From contig CM075979.1 in the NCBI GenBank assembly GCA_038087875.1, positions 6,262,001 to 6,326,000 on the forward strand: a stretch of 64,000 nt of DNA, written 5' to 3'. The stretch comes from Malacoraja senta. Lineage: Eukaryota. A model generated the notes under the pieces. The model made no database searches. It was not told the DNA's origin and was given only the letters and a program-made list of their open reading frames with translations. Numbering within the stretch: the first letter of the stretch is position 1; the number at the start of each line of letters is the position of its first letter. Below, one piece after another: positions 11,869 through 23,044 of the stretch. The translations under genes were made by a program, and so were the position numbers.

Positions 11869-12095
11869 AGGGCCTGTCCCACTTTCACGACCTAATTCAC
11901 GACCTTTTTGACTCGTGGACATTTTTCATCATGTTGAAAAAACGCCCCGACCTACTTGATGCCACGAGTACCTACGACTAGCATCACGACCTACCTACGA
12001 CCTCCTACGACCTCGTGATGACCATGCTGCGAGTATGAGTCAAGGTCAAACCCGGCACAGGTCGTGAATTTGGTCGTGAAAGTGGGGCAGGCCCT
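11869..12095. mobile_element. PIF/Harbinger-like MITE
   Basis: TIR AGGGCCTGTCCCACTTTCACGACCTAATTCACGACC / GGTCGTGAATTTGGTCGTGAAAGTGGGGCAGGCCCT; TTA/TAA flanks; internal ACGACC repeats. Confidence 0.8.
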
Positions 12096-12167
12096 TAAAG
12101 AGAAATGTATTTGTATCGACAATGTACGTTCTATAACTGGCTATCCTATGTCTCTCTGGGTTTGCAG

Positions 12168-12500
12168 GAAGTCTACACTCCAGAGTGTGAGTTTGTCGAG
12201 CGGATCCACGAGCTGGGATACAACACCTACGCCTCGAGATCCTACAAGACCATCCCGAGCCCAGCGGGATCAAGGCGGCGGAACAGCGCCGAGAGACTCT
12301 GGTACGTGTCCATCAACGGCAAGGGCCGACCGAGGAGAGGGTTCAAAACCCGCAAGACTCAGAAATCCTCCCTTTTCTTGCCGAGGGTGCTGGACGGCAA
12401 AGATCACGAAATCGTCCGGTTGTTCCGCACGAGCTCCAAATATCGAGAGGACTTGGTGAAATCTCCGAGCAAGGCCGAGAAAACGAGAGCTTCCCAATAG
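12168..12500 (+). CDS. fgf3: Fibroblast growth factor 3, terminal coding exon 3
   Basis: Acceptor tttgcAG|GAA; [24 protein letters not shown]...[39 protein letters not shown]3-diagnostic motifs; stop TAG at 12498-12500; phase compatible with exon 2. Confidence 0.97.
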   Translation, partial: EVYTPECEFVERIHELGYNTYASRSYKTIPSPAGSRRRNSAERLWYVSINGKGRPRRGFKTRKTQKSSLFLPRVLDGKDHEIVRLFRTSSKYREDLVKSPSKAEKTRASQ

Positions 12501-12929
12501 CGGTCAACATCGCTGCAATAACAGGCCCTTGGAGCAGAAAGCTTGGACTCTATTGGGATGGAGATAGGGCATTTTTTTAAATTTCTAGAACGATGTGCCT
12601 AGTACTGCGTCGAAACCATCTATGATATAATAATTAATGTAAATATGTAAATCTGGTTTTTATTTTCAAATTTCCCGCTACTTCCAAAAGGGACAATTAA
12701 TGTATATCATCCTCGATGTCTTATTCGAACTCAGTAGGGACTTGTAGTCAGTGGTTTTTGTTTTGAAACATCTATTTTTGTATCTCAAGAAAATACAATG
12801 GATTAGTAGAACATCTACCGACGACCCATATACTTCCCACGTTTCCCAATGAACACTTCATTATACTCATCCGGTATGATTAATGGTTTACGACTGAGCG
12901 GGTCATTTCAAGAACGACGGGGAGGAACT

Positions 12930-13145
12930 ACCAGTGGAGTGGCGGTGTTATCTGGAAAATCAATTCATGTTTGAATGCCGAAGTGATAGCAATTTTCAAA
13001 AGAGAATTGGATTAATACGTGAATTTGGGGGCGATTGTGGAGTTATGGGGAGAGAGCAAGGGAGTGGGACTGCTTATAGCCCTTTCAAGGAGCCAGCACA
13101 GGCACGATGGGCCGCCTTCTGGGCTGTGCCATTCTATGATACTGT
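12930..13145 (+). mobile_element. Old CR1-type 3' remnant downstream of the fgf3 stop
   Basis: Degenerate TTCAAAAGAGAATTGGAT...GAGCCAGCACAGGCACGATGGGCCG...ATTCTATGA CR1-like tail. Confidence 0.5.
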
Positions 13146-13238
13146 ACTATTAAACTCAGCCGAGCGAAGGAAGTCAGAAAGCGCACTGAATAATGTACTC
13201 AAGAACTGACCTTTATCTGTCCAGTTATATTTATTTTA

Positions 13239-13244
13239 AATAAA
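13239..13244 (+). terminator. Candidate fgf3 polyadenylation signal
   Basis: First AATAAA I noticed downstream of the fgf3 stop, after an AU-rich tract; not verified as used. Confidence 0.35.
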
Positions 13245-13730
13245 TATCTACAAATGGAGTACTTTGGTGTAACGAGTGGTCCGTGGTGCATTATGGAAAC
13301 ACAGAGGTAAAAGGATGAAGCGATCCACACTTTGTTTTTATTCCATTGGTAGAAATCCTTGTGAACCTAGGGACCAAAGATATGCTAGGGACTCTGCATT
13401 CAACTGGAATACATGTCCTTTGTCTTACAAATGGATAGTGGTGCAAGGGTGCCAGACATCCACAAGCAATTCTTTCAGCGAATTACTCTAGGATTTTGTA
13501 CACGATTCAAAGCAATAACCGGGGTCGTTTACTGATGGTCATTATTGGATAAACTGTCCTCTCGATCATCTTGTTTCTCTGAGCATATCTGAATTATACA
13601 TATATATCCACCTTTACACTTAACAAAGTTCCGATTCTGCAAGAGAAAGTGTCCGATGGAGTAGTAGATGTTTCTTCATGTAACCAACTGCCCTCCTTGG
13701 AATATTTCTTTATTTCACTGATTGATAATG

Positions 13731-14050
13731 NNNNNNNNNNNNNNNNNNNNNNNNNNNNNNNNNNNNNNNNNNNNNNNNNNNNNNNNNNNNNNNNNNNNNN
13801 NNNNNNNNNNNNNNNNNNNNNNNNNNNNNNNNNNNNNNNNNNNNNNNNNNNNNNNNNNNNNNNNNNNNNNNNNNNNNNNNNNNNNNNNNNNNNNNNNNNN
13901 NNNNNNNNNNNNNNNNNNNNNNNNNNNNNNNNNNNNNNNNNNNNNNNNNNNNNNNNNNNNNNNNNNNNNNNNNNNNNNNNNNNNNNNNNNNNNNNNNNNN
14001 NNNNNNNNNNNNNNNNNNNNNNNNNNNNNNNNNNNNNNNNNNNNNNNNNN
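13731..14050. other. Assembly gap (320 N)
   Basis: Run of N. Confidence 1.
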
Positions 14051-14375
14051 CTCTCTAGAGTCACGTCTTGTTTCTCAGGTACAGATGAATTTAACAGGAG
14101 GCTTCACATAATGTCCATTCCACTTGATACCTCTACCATCAGCACCAACCGAGACAATACCAAACCCCCAGGGAAATGGTTTAGAGGATGTACCGGTTTC
14201 ACGTGACATGTACTGCGTCTGAAAATAATTGCACTTTAAAGGACATTTAGCTACAAAGCATCGCCATTAAAAAAAATACGTGCATTGATTTGTAGCTTGG
14301 AAATAGATTTGAGTAATTAATTTCCCGTGTTTATTTAGATCCTGATTTGATCTCAGACTGTAGCAGATCCGAGTT

Positions 14376-14585
14376 ATGTGTAGGAAGGAACTGCAGATAC
14401 TGGTTTACACCGAAGATAGACGCAAAATGCCAGAGTAACTCAGCGGGATAGGCGGCATCTCTGGAGAAAAGGAATGGGAGACGTTTCTAGTCGAGACTCT
14501 TCTTCAGTCTGAAGAAAGGTCTCGACCCGAAACGTCACCCATTTCTTCAATCCAGAGATGCTGCCTGTCCCGCTGAGTTACTCCG
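14376..14585. mobile_element. Palindromic Penelope-like terminal-repeat insertion
   Basis: Inverted arms meeting at CTTCAGTCTGAAG; flanked by GCAGATC(C/A)GAGTT (14363-14375, 14586-14598). Confidence 0.8.
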
Positions 14586-14913
14586 GCAGATCAGAGTTGA
14601 CAATCTATTTCGTCCTGTCTTGTTTTGGCGGATTAGCTCCCTTCGAATTAGGTCCTTGTCATTTTTTGGCAAAATCACGTTTCCAGGGCGATCAACAGAA
14701 GCAAACCGCTTCTCCGGCCGCCAAACATCTAATCACTGAACCACATTGACTGGGCTCTGGAAACGTTCCCCGATCCACAGGGAGATTCGTGCTTGAAGCT
14801 CTTAAAGAAGAAACGCGATTCCACAATCTTGCATTTCCACAAAAATGCAATATTCCACGATTATTGCGAAATAGTCGCAAAGTGATCATTTAGAAACCGA
14901 CATGAAACTTATT

Positions 14914-15118
14914 TGTTTAAGAAGGAACTGCAGATGCTGGAAAATCGAAGGTAGACAAAAGTGCTGGAGAAACTCAGCGGGTGCAGCAGCATCTATGGAG
15001 CGAAGGAAATAGGCAATGTTTCGGGTCTGAAGAAGGGTTTCGGCCCGAAACGTTGCCTATTTCCTTCCCTCCATAGATGCTGCTGCACCCGCTGAGTTTC
15101 TCCAGCATTTTTGTGTAC
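14914..15118. mobile_element. Palindromic Penelope-like insertion, second subfamily (UUCG-loop hammerhead)
   Basis: Inverted arms; core GGGTCTGAAGAAGGGTTTCGGCCCGAAACGTTGCCT at 15023-15058. Confidence 0.8.
15023..15058 (+). ncRNA. Minimal type I hammerhead ribozyme motif (representative copy)
   Basis: Helix I GGGU/GCCU; core CUGAAGA; extra A; helix II GGGU-UUCG-GCCC; GAAA; palindromic ACGU in place of helix III; predicted cleavage after GUU. Activity not demonstrated. Confidence 0.7.
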
Positions 15119-15644
15119 ATATGAAACAATTATTATCCACGACACACCTAAACGGTCGCACAAACCAACCATGTCCTATGTCCGATGTCAGATACCTGTG
15201 TGTTAAGTTTTTACCTGGCGTCGTGGTCATTCTTAATTCGTTGATACGCACAAAAAGCTGGAGTAACACAGCGGGTCAGGCAGCATCTCTGGAGAATAAT
15301 AATAGGTGATGTTTCGGGGCGTGGCCCTTCTTCTACCTCGACCCGAAACGTCGTCTATTCGTTCCCTCCAGAGATGCTGCCTGACCCGCTGAGTTACTCC
15401 AGCATATTGTGTTTGTCTTCGGTTTAAACCAGCATCTGCAGTTCCTTCCTACACATACTTAATGTGTAATTCTGACAAGCAGAAACACACTCTTAGAAGT
15501 TGAAGTATATTTCCACTACTCTCGGTGAAAAAGTTGCCCCTCATGTTGCTTTTAAATAGACAATAGACAGTTACGCTTATAGGACTTGATATTACAATCC
15601 CTAGTATAATTGGCACCTTCTCAATATAATAGATAATAGACAAT

Positions 15645-16378
15645 AGACAATAGATAATAGACAATTGGTGCAGGAGTAGGCTATTCGGCCCTTCGAGTCA
15701 GTACCGCCATTCAATGTGATCATGGCTGACCATCCCCAATCAGTACCCCGTTCCTGCCTTCTCCCCATATCCCCTGACTCCGCTATTTTTAAGAGCCCTA
15801 GCTAGCTCTCTCTTGAAAGTATCCAGACAACCGGCCTCCACCGCCTTCTGAGGCAGAGAATTCCACAGACATAGGCATGTTATGTTGCCGCAAGTACAAA
15901 TTGTTTCGTGGTCGGTACATGTGAGAATTGAACACAAAATGCTGGAGTAACTCAGCGGGTCAGGCAACATCTCTGGAGAAAAGTAATAGGTCCTACAGAA
16001 TTCCACAGACTCACAACTCTGTGAGAAAAAGTGTTTTCTCGCCTCTGTTCTAAATGGCTCACCCTTTATTCTTAAATTGTGGCCCCTGGTTCTGGGCTCC
16101 CCCAACATCGGGAACATGTTTCCTGCCTCTTGCGTGTCCAAACCCTTAATAATCTTATATGTTTCAATAAGATCCCCTCTCATCCTTCTAAATTCCAGGA
16201 TATACAAGTCCAGCCGCTCCATTCTCTCAGCATATGACAGTCCCGCCATCCCGGGAATTAACCTTGTAAACCTAAGCTGCACTCCCTCAATAGCAAGAAT
16301 GTCCTTCCTCAAATTAGGGGACCTAAACTGCACACAATACTCCAGGTGTAGTCTCATCAGGGCCCTGTACAACTGCAG
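15645..16378 (-). mobile_element. CR1-type LINE 3' fragment with a 125-bp templated insert
   Basis: LYRALMRLHLEYCVQFRSPNLRKDILAIEGVQLRFTRLIPGM... (CR1 ORF2 C-terminus); interrupted at 15871-15995. Confidence 0.9.
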
Positions 16379-17022
16379 ATGTAAATCTTCTGCCTTCTCT
16401 TCTTAAACCTATATCATCTGATTCTTGATTTTCCTAACCTGGGTAAAAGACTCTTTGCTTTCACACTATGAATTCCCCGCATGATTTTTTTTTCAAAAAC
16501 ACAACTTTATAAGATTTCCTCTTAGCCCCCTGCGCTCCAAGGTGTAAAGTCATTGGTTGCCCAATTTCTCCCAAGAGGTTGGATTCTGGAGTTCTGGCAA
16601 CATCCTCTAAATCTGAGTTGGGTCAGGAGAACCTCACATCTTCACCCGTTTCTTTCATCGTAACTTCATAAATGATGGAAGCAAAACTAGACCATTCGGC
16701 CCACCATGTGTTCACTCGGCCGTTGAATCATGGCTGATCTATCTTTCCCTCTCTACCCCATTCTCCTGCCTTCTCCCCATAATCCCTGACACCAGTTATT
16801 TTGATCTGCCTTCACCAATCACCACATGGTTCGTTTTCAGACCTCCACCGCCCTCCCTCCTTCTTCCAGCTCTGCTTGAAAACCCTTAAACCCTCTACTC
16901 TCTGCCTCCTGCCCCCAAGTCTGAGTATAGTAAGGGTCGCCGGCCCGAAACGTTGACTGGTTTCTCTTTCCACATATACTGCTGGATTGGTTGAGATCTT
17001 CCAGAATTTTTGTTTTCCTTCT

Positions 17023-17360
17023 AGTTTAGTTTAGTTTAGCTTAGAGATACAGCGCGGAAACAGGCCCTTCGGCCCACCGAGAAGGCACCGACCAACGATC
17101 CCCGCTTCCTGTGGTGGCCTTTTCTGTGCTGCGTTAGAATGTGTATGTGCTGTGCGATAGAGTGTGTGTGAGAGAATAGGAGAGAAGTTTACATTGACAC
17201 CAACCCAATGATCCTACAAACCTGTGGGAGGAAACCGGAGAAAACCCACGCAGGTCACAGGGAGAAGGTACAAACTCCGTACAGACAGCGCCCGAAGTCA
17301 GGATTGAACCCGGGATTCTGGCGCTGTGAGGCAGCAACTCTACCGCTGCACCAACGCCCC
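17023..17360 (-). mobile_element. tRNA-derived V-SINE (HE1-like)
   Basis: (TTTAG)n tail, GGAAACAGGCCCTTCGGCCCACC, GGGAGGAAACCGGAG central domain and pol III box-like 5' end, all in reverse orientation. Confidence 0.75.
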
Positions 17361-18364
17361 AGTATTTGGATAAAAAGAAAGAACGTTCTTTCTTAAAGTG
17401 CTAGTTCACGGGGCATGGTTTTATAGTAGAGATGAAACTGGATTCGGGGGATTGGTTCTAAGTACCCTGCCATTATTTTTTCTTGCGTTTTGACAGTTCC
17501 AATAAAGCCCCTTGGATAAACTCAAGCGATTGACTGACCCGGGAACCCACCGGCAAATTGAAATGCAGGAGAGGGGATACTTCAGATCGAAGATAGACAC
17601 AAAATGCTGGAGTAAAACTCAGCGGGACAGGCAGCATCTGTGGAGAGAAGGGATGGGTGACGATTCGGGTCGAGACCCTTCTTCAGACCGAGAGTCAGGG
17701 GAGAGAGAGGGAAACACAGAGATAAGGGAGTGTCAGGTGTGACAACGAGACATCAAATGGGAAATGGTGACAAGGACGATCACCGGTCGAATGACAATTT
17801 TGACGGACAACGTTTTACAGCTGACAGCAATATTATATAGTATTGGTAATATGGCCTCATAATCGACCGATACCGCGATTCTAATCGGGTTATTGCACCT
17901 ATTTGAGTGTCAAATGGAAAGGGAGATTTTTCACACAAAGGGTGGTGGGTGTATGGAACAAGCTGCCAGAGGAGGTAGTTGAGGCTGGGACTATCTCAAC
18001 ATTTAAGAAGCGGTCAGACGGGCACATGGATAGGACAGGTTTGGGGGGATACGGAACAAACACAGGCAGGAGTAACTAGTTTAGCTGGGGCACGTTGGCC
18101 GGTGTAGGCAAATTGGGCCGAACGGCTTCTTTCGACACTGTATCTTGAAAGTTCTTCAGCAAATAATCTTTATATATATTTAATTCACATTCATGTAGAA
18201 ATGACAAATCGGCGCTGCACACCCGATTGCTGGAGTTTTACGTGAATTAAAATATAACAGGTTAAAATGTTTTTTTTTAAATTCAACATGATAAAAGATA
18301 CGGCGTAGAAACAGGGTCGTTGGTGGACTGTCCACGCCGACCATTTATCACCGGTTCACACCAG

Positions 18365-18465
18365 AGTGATTGAGTGAGTGAGTGAGTGAGTGAGTGGGTG
18401 AGTGAGTGAGTGAGTGGGTGAGTGAGTGAGTGAGTGAGTGAGTGGGTGAGTGGGTGGGTGAGTGA
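18365..18465. repeat. (GTGA)n microsatellite embedded in a V-SINE (~18290-18765)
   Basis: Direct reading. Confidence 0.95.
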
Positions 18466-19141
18466 AAGATACAACATGGAACCAGGCCCTTCGGTCCATC
18501 AAATCCATACCGTCCATCCATCACCCGTTAACATTACTTCTGCGTTATCCCAATTTCACATCCACAGCCTGCACACAAGGGACATCTTACAGAGGCCAAT
18601 TAACCTACAAACCCTTTGTCTTTGTGGTGTGGGAGGAAACCGGAGCACCCGGAGGAAATCTATACGGTCACAGGGAGAACGAACAAACAGGTAGCACCCG
18701 AGGTCAGGATCGAACCCCTGGTCTCTGGTGCTGAGAGGTAGCAACTACCTCTGCGCCACTGTGCAGCTCTAAGTAAATATAATCGATAAAGTTAATTGAA
18801 TTGAATAATTGAATTGAATACATTTTATTAGCCAAGTATGTATACATACAAGGAATTTGCCTTGGTGTAATCCTGTTATCTGGAGAAATAGCCTGGGTGG
18901 CCGTTGGCCGGTGGGATATTCACACAAATCGACCAGGCAGGACAATATTTTAGCTTCAATATAGTAAAGCCAAGTAAAAGGATGTTTACTTTATAAGAAG
19001 ATTTGCGGGGCAGGTTTTTATTTTCACGGAGGGTGGTGAGTGCCTAGAACGCGCTGCGGGAAGTGGTGGTGGAGGCAGATACAATAGTGGCTTTTAAGAG
19101 ACTTTCGGATAGACACATGGACATGTGGGGAATGGGGGAAT

Positions 19142-19543
19142 GTTTAGTTCAGTTTAGTTTATTGTCACGTGTACCGAGGAACGGTGAAAAGCTTTTGTTG
19201 CGTGCTAACCAGTCAGCGGAAAGACAATACATGATTACAATCGAGCCGTCCACAGTGTAAAGATACATGAAAAGGGAATAACGTTTACTGCAAGGTAAAT
19301 CCAACAAAAGTCCGAACAAAGATAGTCCGAGGGTCACCAATGAGGTAGACAGTAGTTCAGCACTGCTCTCCAGTTGTGGTAGGATGGTTCTGTTGCCTGA
19401 TAACAGCTGGGAAGAAACTGTCCCTGAATCTGGAGGTGTGCTTTTCACACTACTATATCTTTTGCCCGATGGGAGAAGGGGAAGAGGGAGTGGCCAGGGT
19501 GCGACTCGTCCTTGATTATGCTGCTGGCCTTGCCGAGGCAGCA
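19142..19543 (-). mobile_element. Rex1/Babar-like LINE 3' end
   Basis: Degenerate ...LLPSGKRYSSVK... motif, DNA nearly collinear with 59185-59500 where the peptide IIKDESHPGHSLFSPLPSGKRYRS..TSRFRDSFFPAVIR is readable. Confidence 0.75.
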
Positions 19544-20629
19544 TGTGGATTATGTGCAGGCAAGAGTTGGTCTTGGCTTAATGTTCGGCACAGACATTGG
19601 GGGCCGAAAGGCCTGTTCCTGGGCTATTTTCTAAGAGGTTTAAGGGTCCAGGGCAACCTGAGCCACAATATAATGGTGTAACTGACACTTGAATCTGATC
19701 AACATTTCACAGGAACGTGGGCAATGATCAAATTCGAATGTATTCCATTTTCAGCTTTAGAGATGGTTTTAGAGATACAGCGGTGAAACAGGCCCTTCGG
19801 CCCACCGAGTCCGTGCCGACCAGCAATCTGCACACAATAACACTATCCTACACACTAGGGACAATTTACAATTATACCAAGCCAATTAACCTACAAACCG
19901 ATACAGCTTGTATTCAAGATGTGTTCAAGAGAGAGATATACAGTAGTTCTTAGGGCTAACGGTATCAAGGGATGTGGGGAGAAACGTGGATCGGGGTACT
20001 CAGCCATGATCATATTGAATGGTGGTGCTGGCTGGAAGGGCCAAATAGCCTACTCCTGCACCTATTGTCTATGTTTCTAGTTTCTATCTTTGGAGTGTGG
20101 GAGAAAACCGGAGCTCCTGGAGAAAACCGATGCAGATCATGGGGAAAATGTACAAAGTCCGTATTGCCAGCACCTGTAGGAAGGGTCACTGGCGCTGTGA
20201 GGCAGCATCTCTACTGCTGCTTAGAAATACTTAGTGATAGAATTAATGTATCATTTCAAATTTGCTAGATCAAAATATAAAGATGATTTGCCTATCTGTG
20301 CCAATTGTTCTCCAGTAATCGCTAGGGCAACATGAAAGATGTGGGATTAAGCAGGTGAGCACTGTGATCATCAGTGTGAATGTATTGGGAGCTTTCAAGT
20401 CTGGACGAAAGCATGTTACTTTCAAATGAATTGGGTATGTATGGGGCGAGGGGCAAGAGTTGGGGAAACCACAATTTAAAATGAAACACAGCTAACTGAA
20501 CTAAAAACTTTCCCTCCCCCCCCCCAAAACATTCCAAGGTAGAGTTGTTGAAAAGAGGTTAATGAGGCCACCTTGTGTCCATTGCAGTCCACGGGTCAGA
20601 ACATCGTGCAACAAACTGCTCAGCGGCAC

Positions 20630-21290
20630 ATCATAAGGTCATAAGGTCATAAGTGACGAGAGTAGAATTATGCCATTCCGCTTATCAAGTGTACTCCGCC
20701 ATTCAATCATGGCTGATCTATCTCTCCCTCCAAACCCCAATCTCCTGCCTTGGCCCCGTAACACCTGACACCAAAATGTATCTATCTCTGCCTTAAAACT
20801 ATCCACTGACTTGGCCTCAGCCTTCTGTGGCAAAGAATTCCACAGATTCACCACCCTCTGACTAAAGAAATTTCTCCTCATCTCCTTCCTAAAAGAACGT
20901 CCATTAATTCTGAGGCTACGACCTTTGATGCCAGACTCTCCCACTAGTGGGAACATCCTCTCCACATCCACTCTATCCAAGTCTTTCACTGTTCTGTACG
21001 TTTCAATGAGGTCCCCCCTCATTCTTATACACTCCAGCGAGTACAGGCCCAGTGCCGACAAACGCTCATCGTGGGTTAACCTACTCATGCCTGGGACCAT
21101 TCTTGTAAACCTCCTCTGGACCTTCTCCAGAGCCAGCACATCCTTCCTTCGATATGGGGCCCAAAATTGCTCACAATATTCTAAATGCCGTCTTACCAGC
21201 CCCAGCATTACATCCCTGTTTTTGTATACAAGCTCTCTTGAAATAAATGCTAGCAATGAGTTTGCTTCATTTACTACCGATTCGACTTGC
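20630..21290 (-). mobile_element. CR1-type LINE 3' fragment
   Basis: 205-aa ORF LAFISRELVYKNRDVML..HLEYCEQFWAPY..LEKVQRRFTRMVPG...; (TTATGACC)n tail. Confidence 0.9.
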
Positions 21291-21714
21291 TGGGTCTGCT
21301 GGGTTGCTCTCGCCAGCCTCCCACCGACCCCTATTTGTTCTCGCCCCCCGTCAGGCCCCTCTTCATTCTCGGCCTCCCGTCCGCCAGGTTATTCTTGGCA
21401 TGCCGATCACTCAGCTGCACACTGTGCATCCCGGTAATCTCCTACCGCCACAGGTCACAGTCTTCATGGAAGCACCATCTCCACATCAGGCTTGTCAAAC
21501 TCTTCCACAATCTCTGATTCACAACCTCGGCCAGGGCACCTTTTGGTGTCCATTTTACCGAGAAAGGAGCTGCAGCTTGATTAAATCTTTCCTGATACCC
21601 TTAATCTCTGCGTTCTGAGGGAATTCCAGTAAACATTATTCTTGTCCCATCGCCCAATTCTTCCAAAGACGTGCATCTCGGTGGACAGATTGCACAGGAT
21701 TGCCTTTTCAATGA

Positions 21715-22078
21715 GACACACACAAAAAAGCTGGAGCAACTCAGCGGGACTGGCAGCATCTCTGGAGAGAAGGAGTGGGTGACTTCTCAGGGTCGAGACC
21801 CTTCCTCGGACTGAGAGTCTGGGGAGAGGGAAACAAGAGATGTGGAAGGATAAGGTGTGAAAACGAGAGATCAAGTGGGACAAAGATGAAGGAAAGTGTA
21901 GAATAGATTATTGTTAGCTGGGGTAAGGTGACAATGAGGCAGACTATGTAAAATTTAATCAGGAGGGGGACAGTCAGACTGGTCGTAGAACTAGGATGTG
22001 GAGGGGCGGGGAGAGGGAAAGCGAGGGTTAGCTGAAGTTGGAGAAGTCAATATTCATACTGCTGGGTTGTTAGCTGCA
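21715..22078 (-). mobile_element. Penelope-like element 3' end
   Basis: Minus strand QPSSMNIDFSNFS (GIY-YIG C-terminus) then UTR and terminal repeat, collinear with 7693-8478. Confidence 0.75.
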
Positions 22079-23044
22079 ATGAGAGTGGGTAGCACACGTC
22101 AGCTCAGTAGATATCTGCCAAATGTGTGCAGTGCAGACAGATCATGTCATCAGTATGCAAGATGTTCAGATAAACCTTAGCTGGAAAGTTAAGGTCCTGT
22201 AACAAGGCAATGCTGTCATAAAACCCATGTTGCCATCTGCTGACTTCCTAACCTTCTGTTCCACATCCCTCTGGCAGACATTAAGACATGAAGCCAGTGA
22301 CAAGCTACCTGCCCTCATCCATATGGCATCAAAGAAACCCATCCCACAAATGTGCAAGAAGGATCAGCAGATGCTGGTTTACACCGAAGGTAGACACCAA
22401 AACGCTGGCGTAACCCAGCGGGTCAGGCAGCATCTCTGGAGAAAAAGGAATAGGTGACGTTTTGCTCGAGACCCTTGATCAGGCTGAGAGCCAGGGAGGG
22501 GAAAAACTAGAAGTATCTGAAGGCACAGAACAAAGCAGAGCCTGCATCGATAACTCAGGAACGGTGGAGCCCACAATGGTCCATTGTTGGCTGGGGACGA
22601 GGTGATAAGGAAGGATCACAAACGGTGAAATTAGCAAGAGGACTAGGGTGGGGGGTGGGACTTGAAACACTCTCTTAATTCCCTTCAAGTCCAATGGCAA
22701 CCTCAGCAAATCCAGGAGGGTAAAATTTATTTCATGCGTTATCTATTCAGACTAGTATCATTGGTGATAAAACTGGCAGATGCTAAACAACCACCATGTT
22801 GAAATATGAAAACTCAGCATAGATTTTTTTGTTCTTTCAATGTTGGCCAACCTCCAAATACCGATAAAAATAATTCACGATCCACATGAAGAGAGATCAG
22901 GAGGGATGGTAATCACAAAAATGTTTCCACCATATGTACCAAGTTATTCTCTCCACATGGACAATCATCTTGGACATAGTGCTGTCTTCTTTACTGGAAG
23001 GCTGTAGAGGGACCACAAATACACTCACACTGCCCAAACAAGTA

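Noticed and set aside
12064-12459. 131-aa overlapping ORF over fgf3 exon 3
   Set aside because: Alternative frame of a GC-rich exon starting inside a MITE; no recognisable homology.
13594-14206. Long ORFs spanning N runs (also at 31.3-31.8, 44.8-45.3 and 48.8-49.5 kb)
   Set aside because: Artefacts of assembly gaps translated as X.
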